From Nitrospirota bacterium (GTDB lineage Bacteria; Nitrospirota; UBA9217): DNA of 64,000 nt. The notes beneath the pieces are model-generated. The model made no database searches, was not told the DNA's origin, and worked only from the letters and a program-made list of their open reading frames with translations. This document shows, piece by piece, positions 31,703 to 42,181 of this stretch (positions are counted from its first letter, which is position 1; each line of letters opens with the position of its first letter). The stretch lies in assembly GCA_963737155.1 (NCBI GenBank), contig CAVTRN010000002.1, positions 864,001 to 928,000 of the forward strand. The letters run 5' to 3'. The position numbers and the translations under genes were made by a program.

Positions 31703-32614
31703 CTACTCACCAAACCGCTTCCCTGTTATCCCTTTTGAATAATCCAATATGCCTTGGCAAATGCATCTTATATTTTTTATAGGGTTACGCGTCCCCTTGA
31801 GTATGGCTACCGCTATGCGTTTCGTCATGTGGACCATGAATAATATTGTTTTTTTATTAAAGTGGTATCTTTTAATCAGTAAAAGCCTGTTCCTCTGCTC
31901 ATAATAGTTATAACGCGGGCTAAAACCAGTCATACTTGAAGACACCTTATGCCAAACTCTTGCATTCCGCGCAACCGCGAGCAGGAACCCTTTTTGATCC
32001 GCTCGCATGCAATAATCAACATCTTCACCAAGATGAAAGTAGGACTCATCCAGATAGCCTGTATTATCAAGACAGCGCCGGGAAATTAGCATGGAGCAGC
32101 CGGGAATGTATAGTTTTTCCGAACAGTTCTGGGGCGAATCATGTTCAGCTTGAATATGACGTGCATCTCCTGTATTGACATTAAATACACCACCCATTGC
32201 CCAGACCTTTTCTGGTCGATTAAAGTAAAAAATCTTTGATCCGACTATCCCGATGTCACAGCCTTTCGCCACCAGAACCATTTCCGTGAGTGTTTGGGGT
32301 TCCACGACCGTATCATTGTTGAGAAGCCATACGAGTTCTGCGTCTTGTTTGATAGCTTGTCTGATGCCCAGGTTACTCCCTGCCGCAAATCCTAAATTTG
32401 ATGCGACTTGAATAAGCAATATATCCTGATACTGTTTTTGCAACTTTAAAGCGGAATCGTCCGATGACCCGTTATCGATGACAACAATGCGGAAATTGGC
32501 GTAGGCCAATCTCCTCAGGGAACCAATGCATTCGGCGGTATCATCAAACCTGTTCCAGTTCACCAAAATAATACACACGAAGGGCTGATTACTTTGAGCG
32601 CTCGATAAATTCAC
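31703..32614 (-). CDS. Glycosyltransferase family 2
   Basis: VIDNGSSD, NLGFAAGSNLG, LLNNDT, EDVDYC.RA, WHKVSSS. Confidence 0.9.
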   Translation of the reverse strand: MNLSSAQSNQPFVCIILVNWNRFDDTAECIGSLRRLAYANFRIVVIDNGSSDDSALKLQKQYQDILLIQVASNLGFAAGSNLGIRQAIKQDAELVWLLNNDTVVEPQTLTEMVLVAKGCDIGIVGSKIFYFNRPEKVWAMGGVFNVNTGDARHIQAEHDSPQNCSEKLYIPGCSMLISRRCLDNTGYLDESYFHLGEDVDYCMRADQKGFLLAVARNARVWHKVSSSMTGFSPRYNYYEQRNRLLLIKRYHFNKKTILFMVHMTKRIAVAILKGTRNPIKNIRCICQGILDYSKGITGKRFGE

Positions 32615-32666
32615 AAGTCCCTCCGGTACAATACTTCAATCGGAATGAGTAGACATACTGCATATA

Positions 32667-34256
32667 TTATATGTGTGCTTTAATTACAAATTTGCCGATT
32701 TTTCTTACTTCAACATAGTTATTCTTAATGTATTTGTTCACAAAATTTGCGTAGTTAACAATTTTTCTGCTTTCTAAGCCGTCATACGACGCATTAGGTT
32801 CTTCAACAACGAGTGCAACATTATCTTTAATTAATCGACTAACCATAACCCTCTGATCTTCATCCGACGAGAAATAGCCTGGAGCCAGTAGCATCTGCCC
32901 ACCACCAAATTTTCTTTCGGCAAAATAATAAAATGATGTAAAAAAAGGTATTGCTAAAATATATTGGTCTTTATGAGTGTTATTCTTAATGTACTCAATT
33001 GTTTGCAGATATTCGTTTGCAGGGTCATTAGCTTTAACAATGTCCAATATTTCATTCTTATTTCCCAATAGGGACTGTAAATTTGTAATTACAGACTTAA
33101 TATTAGCATTAGGTAACATGTCCAAGTTTTTACTTAAAAGCACACTAAGCCCTCCCACAAAAATAAAGGTGATGGCACATGATGCTCGTCCCATTTTTGC
33201 TTTCCATGTTCCTTGAGAATAATTTGTTATCACAATGCTTAAAAGCCATGCAATTAGTACATAATCAATAATTATAGATTGCAATAAATGCCCAAAATCT
33301 GATCTGTGCATTGCTTGGACGAGGGTAAATTGTGACAAGAGAATTGCGACGAGGATTTTGAACTTTTCAGATTGCATTAATTTACTTTTTTGACTAACCA
33401 ATACTGTTAGCGACACCAATGGTATGATATTATAAAATACAAACAAGATAAATATGATGTTATTATTCGATGTAACGGATTGATTATCTTGATAATATGG
33501 GAATGGTATTGATAGTCCTATACCTTGATGCAATATCCCAGATAACGTATCACCTATATAATTTCCTAAGCCTCCTTTATACAACGCCCATAATAACCAA
33601 GGAGAAGCAAAACAAATAATCGCCAGTAAGAACATACTTAAGGTTTTTAGTATTTCAATAGTCTGGTGTTTAAAATTGACTAATAATATCGTCATAAATC
33701 CGCAGAGGGCAGTATAGACTCCAAAATCAAGTCTATATAAACCAGTAATCACAATTGCAAACGCCATAAGAACCATGGACTTAATACTCTTGTAATCTAT
33801 GTATTCCCACGCTGAAAACAATGTCAAGACAGGGCCTAGCGCAATATAATACTTATAAAACCTTGGCATAAGCATCAAAGCAAAACATAGACATATAACC
33901 GAAATGCTAAGTTTTTTACTGACAGCAACAAATAATTTAAACAGCAATAAATATGCAGCTAGATATCCGGAAATAACAAGTAATATCTCGCCTATAATTC
34001 TATTATCAGAAACAATCTGACCAAAAGCACTTGCATAAAACGTCAATGGGCCATATGAGCTTCGGAAATCAATAAACGGATGCTCTCCGGATAAAATCTG
34101 CATAGCACCAGTGAGTTGATGCCCTCCATCAGGATCACTAATGAAGTATTCGGGGTTCGGTACTTTAGTCGATAGAAACAGCAAAATGGAAAATCCAACC
34201 AAAAGTATTATCGTACGGGCATTATTACTATTTATTGAATTGCCATCTCTATTCAT
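32667..34256 (-). CDS. Multi-TM membrane protein, putative GT-C glycosyltransferase
   Basis: About 10 hydrophobic segments, acidic SDPDGG after TM1, YGPL motif, soluble C-terminal domain; downstream of a GtrB-like gene. Confidence 0.55.
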   Translation of the reverse strand: MNRDGNSINSNNARTIILLVGFSILLFLSTKVPNPEYFISDPDGGHQLTGAMQILSGEHPFIDFRSSYGPLTFYASAFGQIVSDNRIIGEILLVISGYLAAYLLLFKLFVAVSKKLSISVICLCFALMLMPRFYKYYIALGPVLTLFSAWEYIDYKSIKSMVLMAFAIVITGLYRLDFGVYTALCGFMTILLVNFKHQTIEILKTLSMFLLAIICFASPWLLWALYKGGLGNYIGDTLSGILHQGIGLSIPFPYYQDNQSVTSNNNIIFILFVFYNIIPLVSLTVLVSQKSKLMQSEKFKILVAILLSQFTLVQAMHRSDFGHLLQSIIIDYVLIAWLLSIVITNYSQGTWKAKMGRASCAITFIFVGGLSVLLSKNLDMLPNANIKSVITNLQSLLGNKNEILDIVKANDPANEYLQTIEYIKNNTHKDQYILAIPFFTSFYYFAERKFGGGQMLLAPGYFSSDEDQRVMVSRLIKDNVALVVEEPNASYDGLESRKIVNYANFVNKYIKNNYVEVRKIGKFVIKAHI

Positions 34257-34290
34257 AGCTTAAGTATTCCAGAAGTTTAAATTTAACCAA

Positions 34291-35169
34291 TTATTTCTTT
34301 TCGCAGATTACAGTTTGTAAATAAGTCTGCTTGCTTATCAGTCCGAACAAAAAAATGACCATAACGCTCAGTCTGACCAATAAATCTAATACCGCTGATT
34401 TTACACCAGTGTCAATAGCTGCATATGAAATATTATGATTTATTGTCCTAATACTCGATAAACCACTCATGTCCAGCAATTTATTCAAAGAAGAATGATT
34501 AAAGTGATTAAGATGATGTTTGTCGTATAACCTTTGATAAGGCTTATTTATGCCTAGTTTTTTCAGCAAACGTGATAACTGGTATAATATGCTGCGATCA
34601 TTTAAAGTCATGATAATTATGAAGCCATTTTCTGCACACAAATTTTTCAATAATTCTACATATGCAATGGGATCAGGCATATGCTCTATGACTGCCAACG
34701 TTACGACTACATCATACTTTTTATCTAATTTAATATTAAAAGCATCGCTTTGTATAAATTTGATACCATTCATATCATCATTCTTAGTAATATCTATTCC
34801 TGTTAGCGTGAGGATAGGATTATTATTTCTTAAGTATTTCAGGAAATCACCCTTTCCACAGCCTATTTCTATTACAGATTCTACTTGAACCTTGCCGTTA
34901 ATGACCTCACTAATCCTTTCAAACAAGTTAAGGTTAGGGTTCTCAAACCAGTTCTTATGATACTTATTATAATAAAGGTCACTATACTCTTCCATATCAC
35001 TGTGAGCTTTTAATATAGTAAAGCAATGGTCACATCTTGTACACCTGAAAATATTGACATCGGTTAATTCAGCTTCAACCCTACTGTTATAATTACACAC
35101 TGGACACTTTATTTGCAAATCATTCTCCTGTATTTGTATATCACAATATGTCGCTACTCTTTTTTGCAA
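34291..35169 (-). CDS. Class I SAM-dependent methyltransferase with N-terminal Zn-finger
   Basis: CPVC..CTRC; VIEIGCGKG; VIEHMPDP; HLNHF. Confidence 0.85.
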   Translation of the reverse strand: MQKRVATYCDIQIQENDLQIKCPVCNYNSRVEAELTDVNIFRCTRCDHCFTILKAHSDMEEYSDLYYNKYHKNWFENPNLNLFERISEVINGKVQVESVIEIGCGKGDFLKYLRNNNPILTLTGIDITKNDDMNGIKFIQSDAFNIKLDKKYDVVVTLAVIEHMPDPIAYVELLKNLCAENGFIIIMTLNDRSILYQLSRLLKKLGINKPYQRLYDKHHLNHFNHSSLNKLLDMSGLSSIRTINHNISYAAIDTGVKSAVLDLLVRLSVMVIFLFGLISKQTYLQTVICEKK

Positions 35170-35842
35170 CTAAATAATATTGTGAACCTAAAGGTAGTTT
35201 TCCAAGACCACGCTCAATATATCTAAATAATTTACCTCTAAACGGGAAAAATATAATATAATTTTCATCTATTATGAACAAATCATTATCGTGCAATAAT
35301 GTTTTAAGCTCCACTTTGCCTATTAGAACGGCATCTTTATCAAATTCACATTTTTTTACAGCATGCCTTGTGAAATAATTTAAAGGATTGTGCTCAAATA
35401 TCATAATTAATCCACCATATTTTGAGACCCTTCTCATCTCAGAAATAAAATAATTCCTTTGCGTTACTTGTAAATGATGCATTACGCATATTGTAAAAAC
35501 AATATCAAATGTATTGTCTTTGAATGGTAGCTTCCCGCCATCATATACTTTATAATCCACAGTCGGGTTTAATATTCTTGCTTTATCAACTGCCTCATGG
35601 GCTACATCTACACCAGATAACATGCTGAATTTATTATTAAGAAATGTATCTGTCTGACCAATGCCACAACCGAGATCAAGTACATTTAATTTGTTAATAT
35701 TACTGCCAAATGTTCTTGCTAATTTTAGAATTAATTCCGCCTTGACTGCTGTAAAAAATTCAACAGTCTGGCCAGAAAAACGAATAGATTTGTCGATTTC
35801 GCTTTTATAAGTATCAGAATATTTGTTAAAATTAGCACACAC
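35141..35842 (-). CDS. Class I SAM-dependent methyltransferase
   Basis: VLDLGCGIG, LPFKDNTFD, VMHH, FEHNP.N. Confidence 0.85.
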   Translation of the reverse strand: MCANFNKYSDTYKSEIDKSIRFSGQTVEFFTAVKAELILKLARTFGSNINKLNVLDLGCGIGQTDTFLNNKFSMLSGVDVAHEAVDKARILNPTVDYKVYDGGKLPFKDNTFDIVFTICVMHHLQVTQRNYFISEMRRVSKYGGLIMIFEHNPLNYFTRHAVKKCEFDKDAVLIGKVELKTLLHDNDLFIIDENYIIFFPFRGKLFRYIERGLGKLPLGSQYYLVAKKSSDIL

Positions 35843-35860
35843 ATGAACTCCGTTGCAACT

Positions 35861-36844
35861 TTAGCTAATATCTATCGTAGATAGATTTGAAATAACATCA
35901 GTCTTTCTTTCACGATTATGAATCAACTCTTCAACAAGAAATAATGGCCTGCGCTTCACTTCCTCATATATACGTCCTAAATACTCACCAATAAGACCAA
36001 GACATATGAGGTTGAGTGCACCAAAGACCACTATCGCAACAATCAAAGAAGACCAGCCCGGCACCATGTTTATACCCATAAATATAGATTTCAGCAAGGC
36101 AATGAAGAGATACCCAATAGAAACAATCGTTGCAAACAATGCAGCATAGTATGAGAATCTAAGGGGCCTGGATGACATACTAACAATAGCATCAGCAGCA
36201 AAACGGAGCATTTTCACGAGCGGGTATTTAGTGTTGCCCGCGATTCTTGGTTCCCTTTTGAATTCGATCGACGTTGTTCTAAGCCCTATCCAGCCAACCA
36301 GTCCGCGGAGATAACGGTGGTGTTCTGGCATCCGTTTGAGAGCTTCAAGCGCCCTCCTACTGAGAAGTCTAAAATCCCCAGAATTTTGAGGTGCCCTTGT
36401 TTCGCTGAGAGAACAGATGAGTTTATAGAATAGTTTGGCAGACATAATCTTGAAATAAGAGTCACCCTTCCGTTCAGTGCGAATTCCATAAACTACATCG
36501 TATCCTTCCTGCCATTTCTTTATGAACTCAAGTGTAACTGACAACGGATCTTGTAGATCGGCATCCATGCAAATTATTGCTTCACCACATGCAAGAGCAT
36601 AACCTGCCGTCAGTGCAAACTGATGACCAAAGTTGCGAGTCAGTCTGACAGCAACAAAACGCTGGTCATTGGTAGCTTTGTCTGCAATCATAGCCCATGA
36701 AGTATCCTTGCTTCCGTCATCAACAAGGATTATTTCACTACAGTTTCTAATGGTTTCATGTTCCAGAAATTCAGACAATTCTTTGAATAAGTAGGGGAGT
36801 GCCTTTTCTTCATTATAAATAGGGATGATAAAGCTAAAACGCAT
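35861..36844 (-). CDS. GtrB/ArnC-like polyprenyl-phosphate glycosyltransferase (GT2)
   Basis: VDDGSKD, RNFGHQ.AL.AG, MDADLQDP, GDFRLL, two C-terminal TMs, GEYLGRIYEEVK.RP. Confidence 0.9.
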   Translation of the reverse strand: MRFSFIIPIYNEEKALPYLFKELSEFLEHETIRNCSEIILVDDGSKDTSWAMIADKATNDQRFVAVRLTRNFGHQFALTAGYALACGEAIICMDADLQDPLSVTLEFIKKWQEGYDVVYGIRTERKGDSYFKIMSAKLFYKLICSLSETRAPQNSGDFRLLSRRALEALKRMPEHHRYLRGLVGWIGLRTTSIEFKREPRIAGNTKYPLVKMLRFAADAIVSMSSRPLRFSYYAALFATIVSIGYLFIALLKSIFMGINMVPGWSSLIVAIVVFGALNLICLGLIGEYLGRIYEEVKRRPLFLVEELIHNRERKTDVISNLSTIDIS

Positions 36845-37351
36845 GATATGTGTCTCCGTTGAAGTGATTAGTCATCGCGCTGGAGAGCTTTACTCTTTGA
36901 CATAGCTGTGTACGTAGCTTCAAGATAAGAGTATGCATTCGTTCCAAGCATTGATGAAGATAATCCTAGCTCCTTGGAATGGTCCTTTATTTTGTATGCT
37001 GTATGGCGCTGTCATTTCCCGTATTCTTCCAGGCTTGCACCCTTAAAAAATATTTCCGGTGTGACCTCCTGGGAGTAGTGTCCTATCGTGGACAAACGCC
37101 CGGATAACGAGGATACCCTGCATCGGGCACTATCAGATGGGGCCAGATTTCCCCATAGTCGAGAACCACAGGTGCATATCGAGATATTTTATAAAATCTA
37201 TTGCCAACTTCAACAGGTTTATCTTCATGTATTCCAAAAGTCTGTCCCCTTTGGGCGCCGATAATCAACAGCAGCGTTAATCCCGTTCTGACGCGTGCCC
37301 CAGACTAAGGTGCTGTAGGTTTCTATAGACAGAAGATAAAGTCTTTCAACA

Positions 37352-38302
37352 TTATGGCCAACGCTCAAGATTACCTGCTTCCTGACGGTATACACTTTGG
37401 ATGAAGTGCCAGGTCTTTTCGATGCCGCTCTCTAACGAGGTGAGAGGAGACCAGGAAAGTTCTTTTTTTGCCTTGGTTATATCGAGATAGATCGCTGGTA
37501 TGTCAAAGGTCCGCTTCGCGCTATACTGAGTTCGCACTTCGAGGCCGGTTATCGCGCGAATGACGGAAGCAATTTCATTGAGAGAGTGTCCCGTTCCGCT
37601 TCCCAGGTTAAAAATATGCGATGTTGCGGCCACCATCGATGCGCGGTAAATCCCCTCGACTAGGTCATCAATATAAACGTAGTCGCGCACGACCTCTCCG
37701 TCGCCCCAGATCTCGATGGGTTCGCCTTTGGCGACTTTACCTAGAAAAACAGTTACTGCTCCCTGGATGCCATTCATGTCTTGACGATCGCCGTAGGGGT
37801 TAGAAGGACGCACTATGGTGTAATCGAGGCCATGAAGATGATGGAACAACGCCAGATATTTCTCGATTGCCAGCTTGGTTATTCCGTACGAGCATTCTGG
37901 ATCCGTAGGATCGTCTTCCCGGACTGGCAGCGTCGCAGGTCTACCGTAAATGGTTCCACCTGAAGAAATGAAAATGATTTTTTTGACCTTTTTCTCGACG
38001 CACTGTTCCATCAGGAAAAGGGTTTCAACGACGTTAGACTGGACATCAAAGACGGGATCGTCGTTTGATGTTTTCGGTAGCGTGGTGCAGACAAGATGAT
38101 AAACCATGTCTACGCCGTCCAGCGCTTCGGCCAGCAGACCGCGGTTGCCGAAATCGCCTGACCGGTAATCGACTCCTACCAGAGGCCTGCGGTAACGCTC
38201 CGCGTATTTGTCGAACACGCGCACCCGGTGGCCTTCCTGAAGGAGTTTGTCCACAAGATGCGATCCGATAAAACCGTTCCCACCAAGAACTAAAGTATTC
38301 AT
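37352..38302 (-). CDS. NAD-dependent epimerase/dehydratase
   Basis: GGNGFIGSH, SSGGTIYG, YGITK, RPSNPYG, RDYVYI. Confidence 0.9.
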   Translation of the reverse strand: MNTLVLGGNGFIGSHLVDKLLQEGHRVRVFDKYAERYRRPLVGVDYRSGDFGNRGLLAEALDGVDMVYHLVCTTLPKTSNDDPVFDVQSNVVETLFLMEQCVEKKVKKIIFISSGGTIYGRPATLPVREDDPTDPECSYGITKLAIEKYLALFHHLHGLDYTIVRPSNPYGDRQDMNGIQGAVTVFLGKVAKGEPIEIWGDGEVVRDYVYIDDLVEGIYRASMVAATSHIFNLGSGTGHSLNEIASVIRAITGLEVRTQYSAKRTFDIPAIYLDITKAKKELSWSPLTSLESGIEKTWHFIQSVYRQEAGNLERWP

Positions 38303-38462
38303 TTTATTATCATCTTTCTATATAAATAGATATTAAACATAAGTACAAATATATTTGGTTAGTTTTGCTTTAATTCCCTTAAAGTTTATTGTAAATTTAT
38401 ATTTATTGAGCAAATAAGTAAGTGTCCGTTAAAACTGCAGCCATCACTTGTTAGAGCGTATA

Positions 38463-39527
38463 TCATTCGGAAAATCCGCCTGTATCTGATTTTGCATAGT
38501 CATGCTGAAAGATAAGATAAACAAGCCCGCCTAACAAACTCCACACCGAAAAAAGTGCAAAAAACAAAATGGAAAAAAGTATCGCTGGTTCTTGCCCCCC
38601 TCCCGTCCGTTTGTCAATAGTTATAACTCCAAATGCCGCAAACATGATGACAAAAGCACCTTCTCGTATGCCGTTTCCACCAATGCTGATAGGAATGCTA
38701 ATGACACAGGTTACAACGGAGAGGATGATTAGAATCTGCATAAAGGTTACATCGAGATGAATAGCCCGCGCGATAGAGTAACCCGCTGTAAAAAAGAAAA
38801 GAAACAAGGCGAAACTACAAAGTATTGCTTTTAATGTCAAATATATTGACTGCCCATGCTGACGAAATCCTGCTATCAGCGATTCAATTATGTCATGCCG
38901 GGGAATCCTTTGCCAGAGTTTATGGGGGAAAAAGGGCAAACTTTTAAAGGGGATAAAAGCGAAGCTTACAGCACTCACCAGCATCAATCCAAATATAATC
39001 AATAATGAATAAACAATATTCCTGGCATCATCACTTTTCATCAATAAACCAAGTTGCCACGGCAGTGCGGCTAGAGCAATGAATAGTAAAATAAACAGAC
39101 CAAGCGCTCGATCCATAATAATCGAGAGCATCGCGTGGGTTTTTTTTGAGGGGGCATATTTTAAGACATAAAGAATCTTGATTACATCGCCTCCCGTCGT
39201 ACCAAGAAGAAACGCATTGAAGAACTGGCCGATTAACGTGAGAGCAGTTACCGTTTTTAGTGGTAGGAAAATGTTCTGCACTTTCAATAAGAACCACCAA
39301 CGAATACTCGCAAAGAGGAAAGAAATTCCCACAAAAAGGCAGGCAGTCAACAACCAAAGGGGATCGCTTTGCATGAATTGCTTGCTCAAAACAGTCCAAT
39401 TAATCTTGAAAACAAAATAGAGCAGAATGGAAATTGTAACAGTAACCCTGATGATAGTCCAACTAGGGGCACGTTTACTTGTTTTATTATCTGTTGGTTG
39501 AACACTATCGATATGCATTACTTGCAC
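38463..39527 (-). CDS. Lysylphosphatidylglycerol synthase TM-domain (flippase-like) protein
   Basis: RWW.LL, GQFFN.FL..TGGDV.K, DRALGL, PISIGG.GIRE. Confidence 0.8.
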   Translation of the reverse strand: MQVMHIDSVQPTDNKTSKRAPSWTIIRVTVTISILLYFVFKINWTVLSKQFMQSDPLWLLTACLFVGISFLFASIRWWFLLKVQNIFLPLKTVTALTLIGQFFNAFLLGTTGGDVIKILYVLKYAPSKKTHAMLSIIMDRALGLFILLFIALAALPWQLGLLMKSDDARNIVYSLLIIFGLMLVSAVSFAFIPFKSLPFFPHKLWQRIPRHDIIESLIAGFRQHGQSIYLTLKAILCSFALFLFFFTAGYSIARAIHLDVTFMQILIILSVVTCVISIPISIGGNGIREGAFVIMFAAFGVITIDKRTGGGQEPAILFSILFFALFSVWSLLGGLVYLIFQHDYAKSDTGGFSE

Positions 39528-39650
39528 CTAGGGAATAGACAATCATGGTGTTACGGACTAGTCTTTTTTCCCCCATTCTCATAACAGACATGACGTCACC
39601 TCTCGATGTATTTGCAAACGGCAGATGAAAGAAAGATGCCATCAGCGACA

Positions 39651-39827
39651 GTTGAACGTCACTGACATTGCATTGCCGCATATTGCAAAACGGAAAGCAA
39701 AGTTTCCTTGGTATTATTGAGGGGTTGAACAACAAAGATCAGGGTGATACAGGGCCGACCCTATGGTGATCGAGATGAGGAATATTTTTGTCTCAAAATT
39801 CTGACCTGTATGTTGCCTGACATTTGA
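39651..39827 (+). pseudogene. ISL3-family transposase C-terminal relic
   Basis: With two frameshifts reads H*..IAAYCKTESKVSL/G.IEGLNNK/IRVIQGRPYGDRDEEYFCLKILTCMLPDI*, the EGLNNKI..AYG signature of ISL3. Confidence 0.7.
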
Positions 39828-40218
39828 CCCAAAACGGCTTAAATTAGCGCGCAATTATCGCAAAAAATCCGTAATCATTTACTGATAAAACGTCGAATAC
39901 TATTTGAGGTTAATATGATCAGGGTCTGTTAATCAGTGGTCATGCAGATGGCGATGCCGGATTTTAACGAGTTATCTCTCGTCGCTCCTTCTGTTTTTTT
40001 CTCACCTTGTCATTCTTATTGATTCGTACTATTGTCCCCTTAGTGGCTCTTTTCTTGGAAATGGTTTAGTCCTCGAAAACGAAACGTTACCATCTTATGA
40101 ACCGTTACGTAAAATTTCAACTAACTATAACACTCGTTCTCTTTACCGCATAGGGCAGTCAGTTATGGTGTTCGTGATACATAGCTTACTCAAGGAAAAA
40201 ACCAAACGACAACACGGA

Positions 40219-40920
40219 TTAATCTTTTCTATTCCATTCCCACCATAAGTATTTAGCGAGTTTAATACTTGTGGGCAGAATCTTGAAATGTGTTTCACCA
40301 AAATTACGGGGTATTTCAACTACCGGGAATTCCATCCTTTTCAAACATAGGCGATATGATCTTACCACCATTTCAATATCGATTGATAAACCGTAATCCA
40401 GAATTGCCATTTTTTTGAAGCCTAAAACTGTAAACCCTTTATATCCGTGGAGAACATCTCGGACAAAGTAGCCCTCCCGTTTCCATATCATGGCGGCAAA
40501 TGATGCTAAAAAAAGCACACCCCACTTCCGTGGTTTAAAAAGCCTGTCATCCTCATCATTCCTTGATCCCTTAATATTGCGGCTTGCTATAACCAAATCG
40601 ATTCCATCATGGAAGAAAGAGCGAAATTGAAGTAAACTTTCGGGTGATATCGTTCCTTTTGGGAAAAAAACGACTACTGCATCACAAGTTGATTTCTCAA
40701 CCGCATGGATATACGCTGCATTAAGTCCTTTTTTCGGTTGCAGGTAAACTGGAATATGCTGAGATTCCAGATATTCTGCGGTGCCATCTGTGCTTCCTCC
40801 GTCAATAGCATAGACCTCTTCAAAAGAGGATACTGGTAAGTTTGGCACGTCGATTTTGCAACCTTCCAATTCATTCCACACGATTAAACACAAGGATATT
40901 TTCAACATTCGGTTATTCAC
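40219..40920 (-). CDS. GT2, dolichol/polyprenyl-phosphate sugar synthase-like
   Basis: IDGGSTDGT, DLVIASR, DVLHGYKGF, DIEMVVR, R.FGET; canonical DxD replaced by FPKG. Confidence 0.7.
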   Translation of the reverse strand: MNNRMLKISLCLIVWNELEGCKIDVPNLPVSSFEEVYAIDGGSTDGTAEYLESQHIPVYLQPKKGLNAAYIHAVEKSTCDAVVVFFPKGTISPESLLQFRSFFHDGIDLVIASRNIKGSRNDEDDRLFKPRKWGVLFLASFAAMIWKREGYFVRDVLHGYKGFTVLGFKKMAILDYGLSIDIEMVVRSYRLCLKRMEFPVVEIPRNFGETHFKILPTSIKLAKYLWWEWNRKD

Positions 40921-40969
40921 GAAACCTACCCACCCTTTATTTTATACCATTATACAATTTCGGTATCAT

Positions 40970-42181
40970 TTAATGCCGTGCAACATTGCGGGCAGCCTCA
41001 ATAGCACGTTCTACGGCAACGTCAGAATTCATATGTTCCCACAATCCCCACCGACCAAGGGGGACAATATTCTTGCTCTGCGCCCATGATAGTATCCTAT
41101 CTAACGAAACAGGTTTGCCGACCGTATTAACGGGATAGGCGAAAGTATTGCGATGCCTGAATCCAGAGGCGTTTCCAGATCTTTTTGTATTTGTTTCAGT
41201 CCAGTGCCCTTTAGAACCAGAAATAAAATTGTGACGTAGTAATAATCGATGATATGGAACTTCATATGAAGGTTCGTAAACCCAATGAGCGGGGGAATCA
41301 AGCTGATGGGCATGGTAATCTATATCGATTGATGCGTATTGTAGGTCTCTGGCTGCAATGTGCAATGACTGCGGAAGCGCATCCATCTCAAACCATAATC
41401 TCCAAGGAATGGTATTAACAATTACATCTGCTTTTATCCTGCCATTGACAATTTGACGATCTGTGTCAATTGACGCTACGGGACAACCTAGGCGCAGTCG
41501 CTCCCCTAATTCACATCCCATGCGTCGCCAAACTTCTCCGTACCCATGTTGTTTGGGGTAATAAAAGTTTCCATGAGCAGGTAGTGATCCGCTGGATTTC
41601 TTATCAAGACAGGACTGAAGCGTCTCACGGAATGAAACAGAAGGAAGTTTATATAACCAATAAGTTCCAATCTCTTGAACAGGCATCGAAAATAATTTAT
41701 CATTATAGGGGATCATATATTCTTTGGCGATGCGATCACCCAACTTCCATGTAATCCAATCATTGAAACGTTCCGGCTCTGGTACACCATTGACACAACC
41801 TGACTTGGCAATTGATTCCAAAAAATCAACTTGATCAGAGACATGCAGTTGCCAGAGATTTGCTTCTAATGGGTGATCTATTTCCTGGTTGCGGATACGA
41901 ATTCGGGCAATCCTTTCGAAACGATTCCATTCGGATTCGGGCATTAATTCGAAAAGAAAATTCAATACATTTTTTCGCTTGACATCGAGAAAATGTCCGC
42001 CGCCAATATCCAATGGTGAGCCATCAACAATTTTTGATCTGCAAAGTCCTCCAGCTTCGTTTTCCGTCTCCAATACTACAAATGAATCTATGCCATTCCT
42101 ATTTAATTCTCGCGCAAATGAAAGACCGGTGGGACCGGCACCAAGGATACAGAAACGAATATGTTCAAGCAATTTAACCAC
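40970..42181 (-). CDS. FAD-dependent oxidoreductase, UDP-galactopyranose mutase-like
   Basis: GAGPTG, GGLCRS, DIGGGH, F.YP..GYG, AYP, GRWG.W.HMNSD. Confidence 0.65.
   Translation of the reverse strand: MVKLLEHIRFCILGAGPTGLSFARELNRNGIDSFVVLETENEAGGLCRSKIVDGSPLDIGGGHFLDVKRKNVLNFLFELMPESEWNRFERIARIRIRNQEIDHPLEANLWQLHVSDQVDFLESIAKSGCVNGVPEPERFNDWITWKLGDRIAKEYMIPYNDKLFSMPVQEIGTYWLYKLPSVSFRETLQSCLDKKSSGSLPAHGNFYYPKQHGYGEVWRRMGCELGERLRLGCPVASIDTDRQIVNGRIKADVIVNTIPWRLWFEMDALPQSLHIAARDLQYASIDIDYHAHQLDSPAHWVYEPSYEVPYHRLLLRHNFISGSKGHWTETNTKRSGNASGFRHRNTFAYPVNTVGKPVSLDRILSWAQSKNIVPLGRWGLWEHMNSDVAVERAIEAARNVARH

Noticed and set aside
37040-37350. Possible decayed gene (methyltransferase-like) after the epimerase
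   Set aside because: Multiple stops and no motif I could assign with confidence
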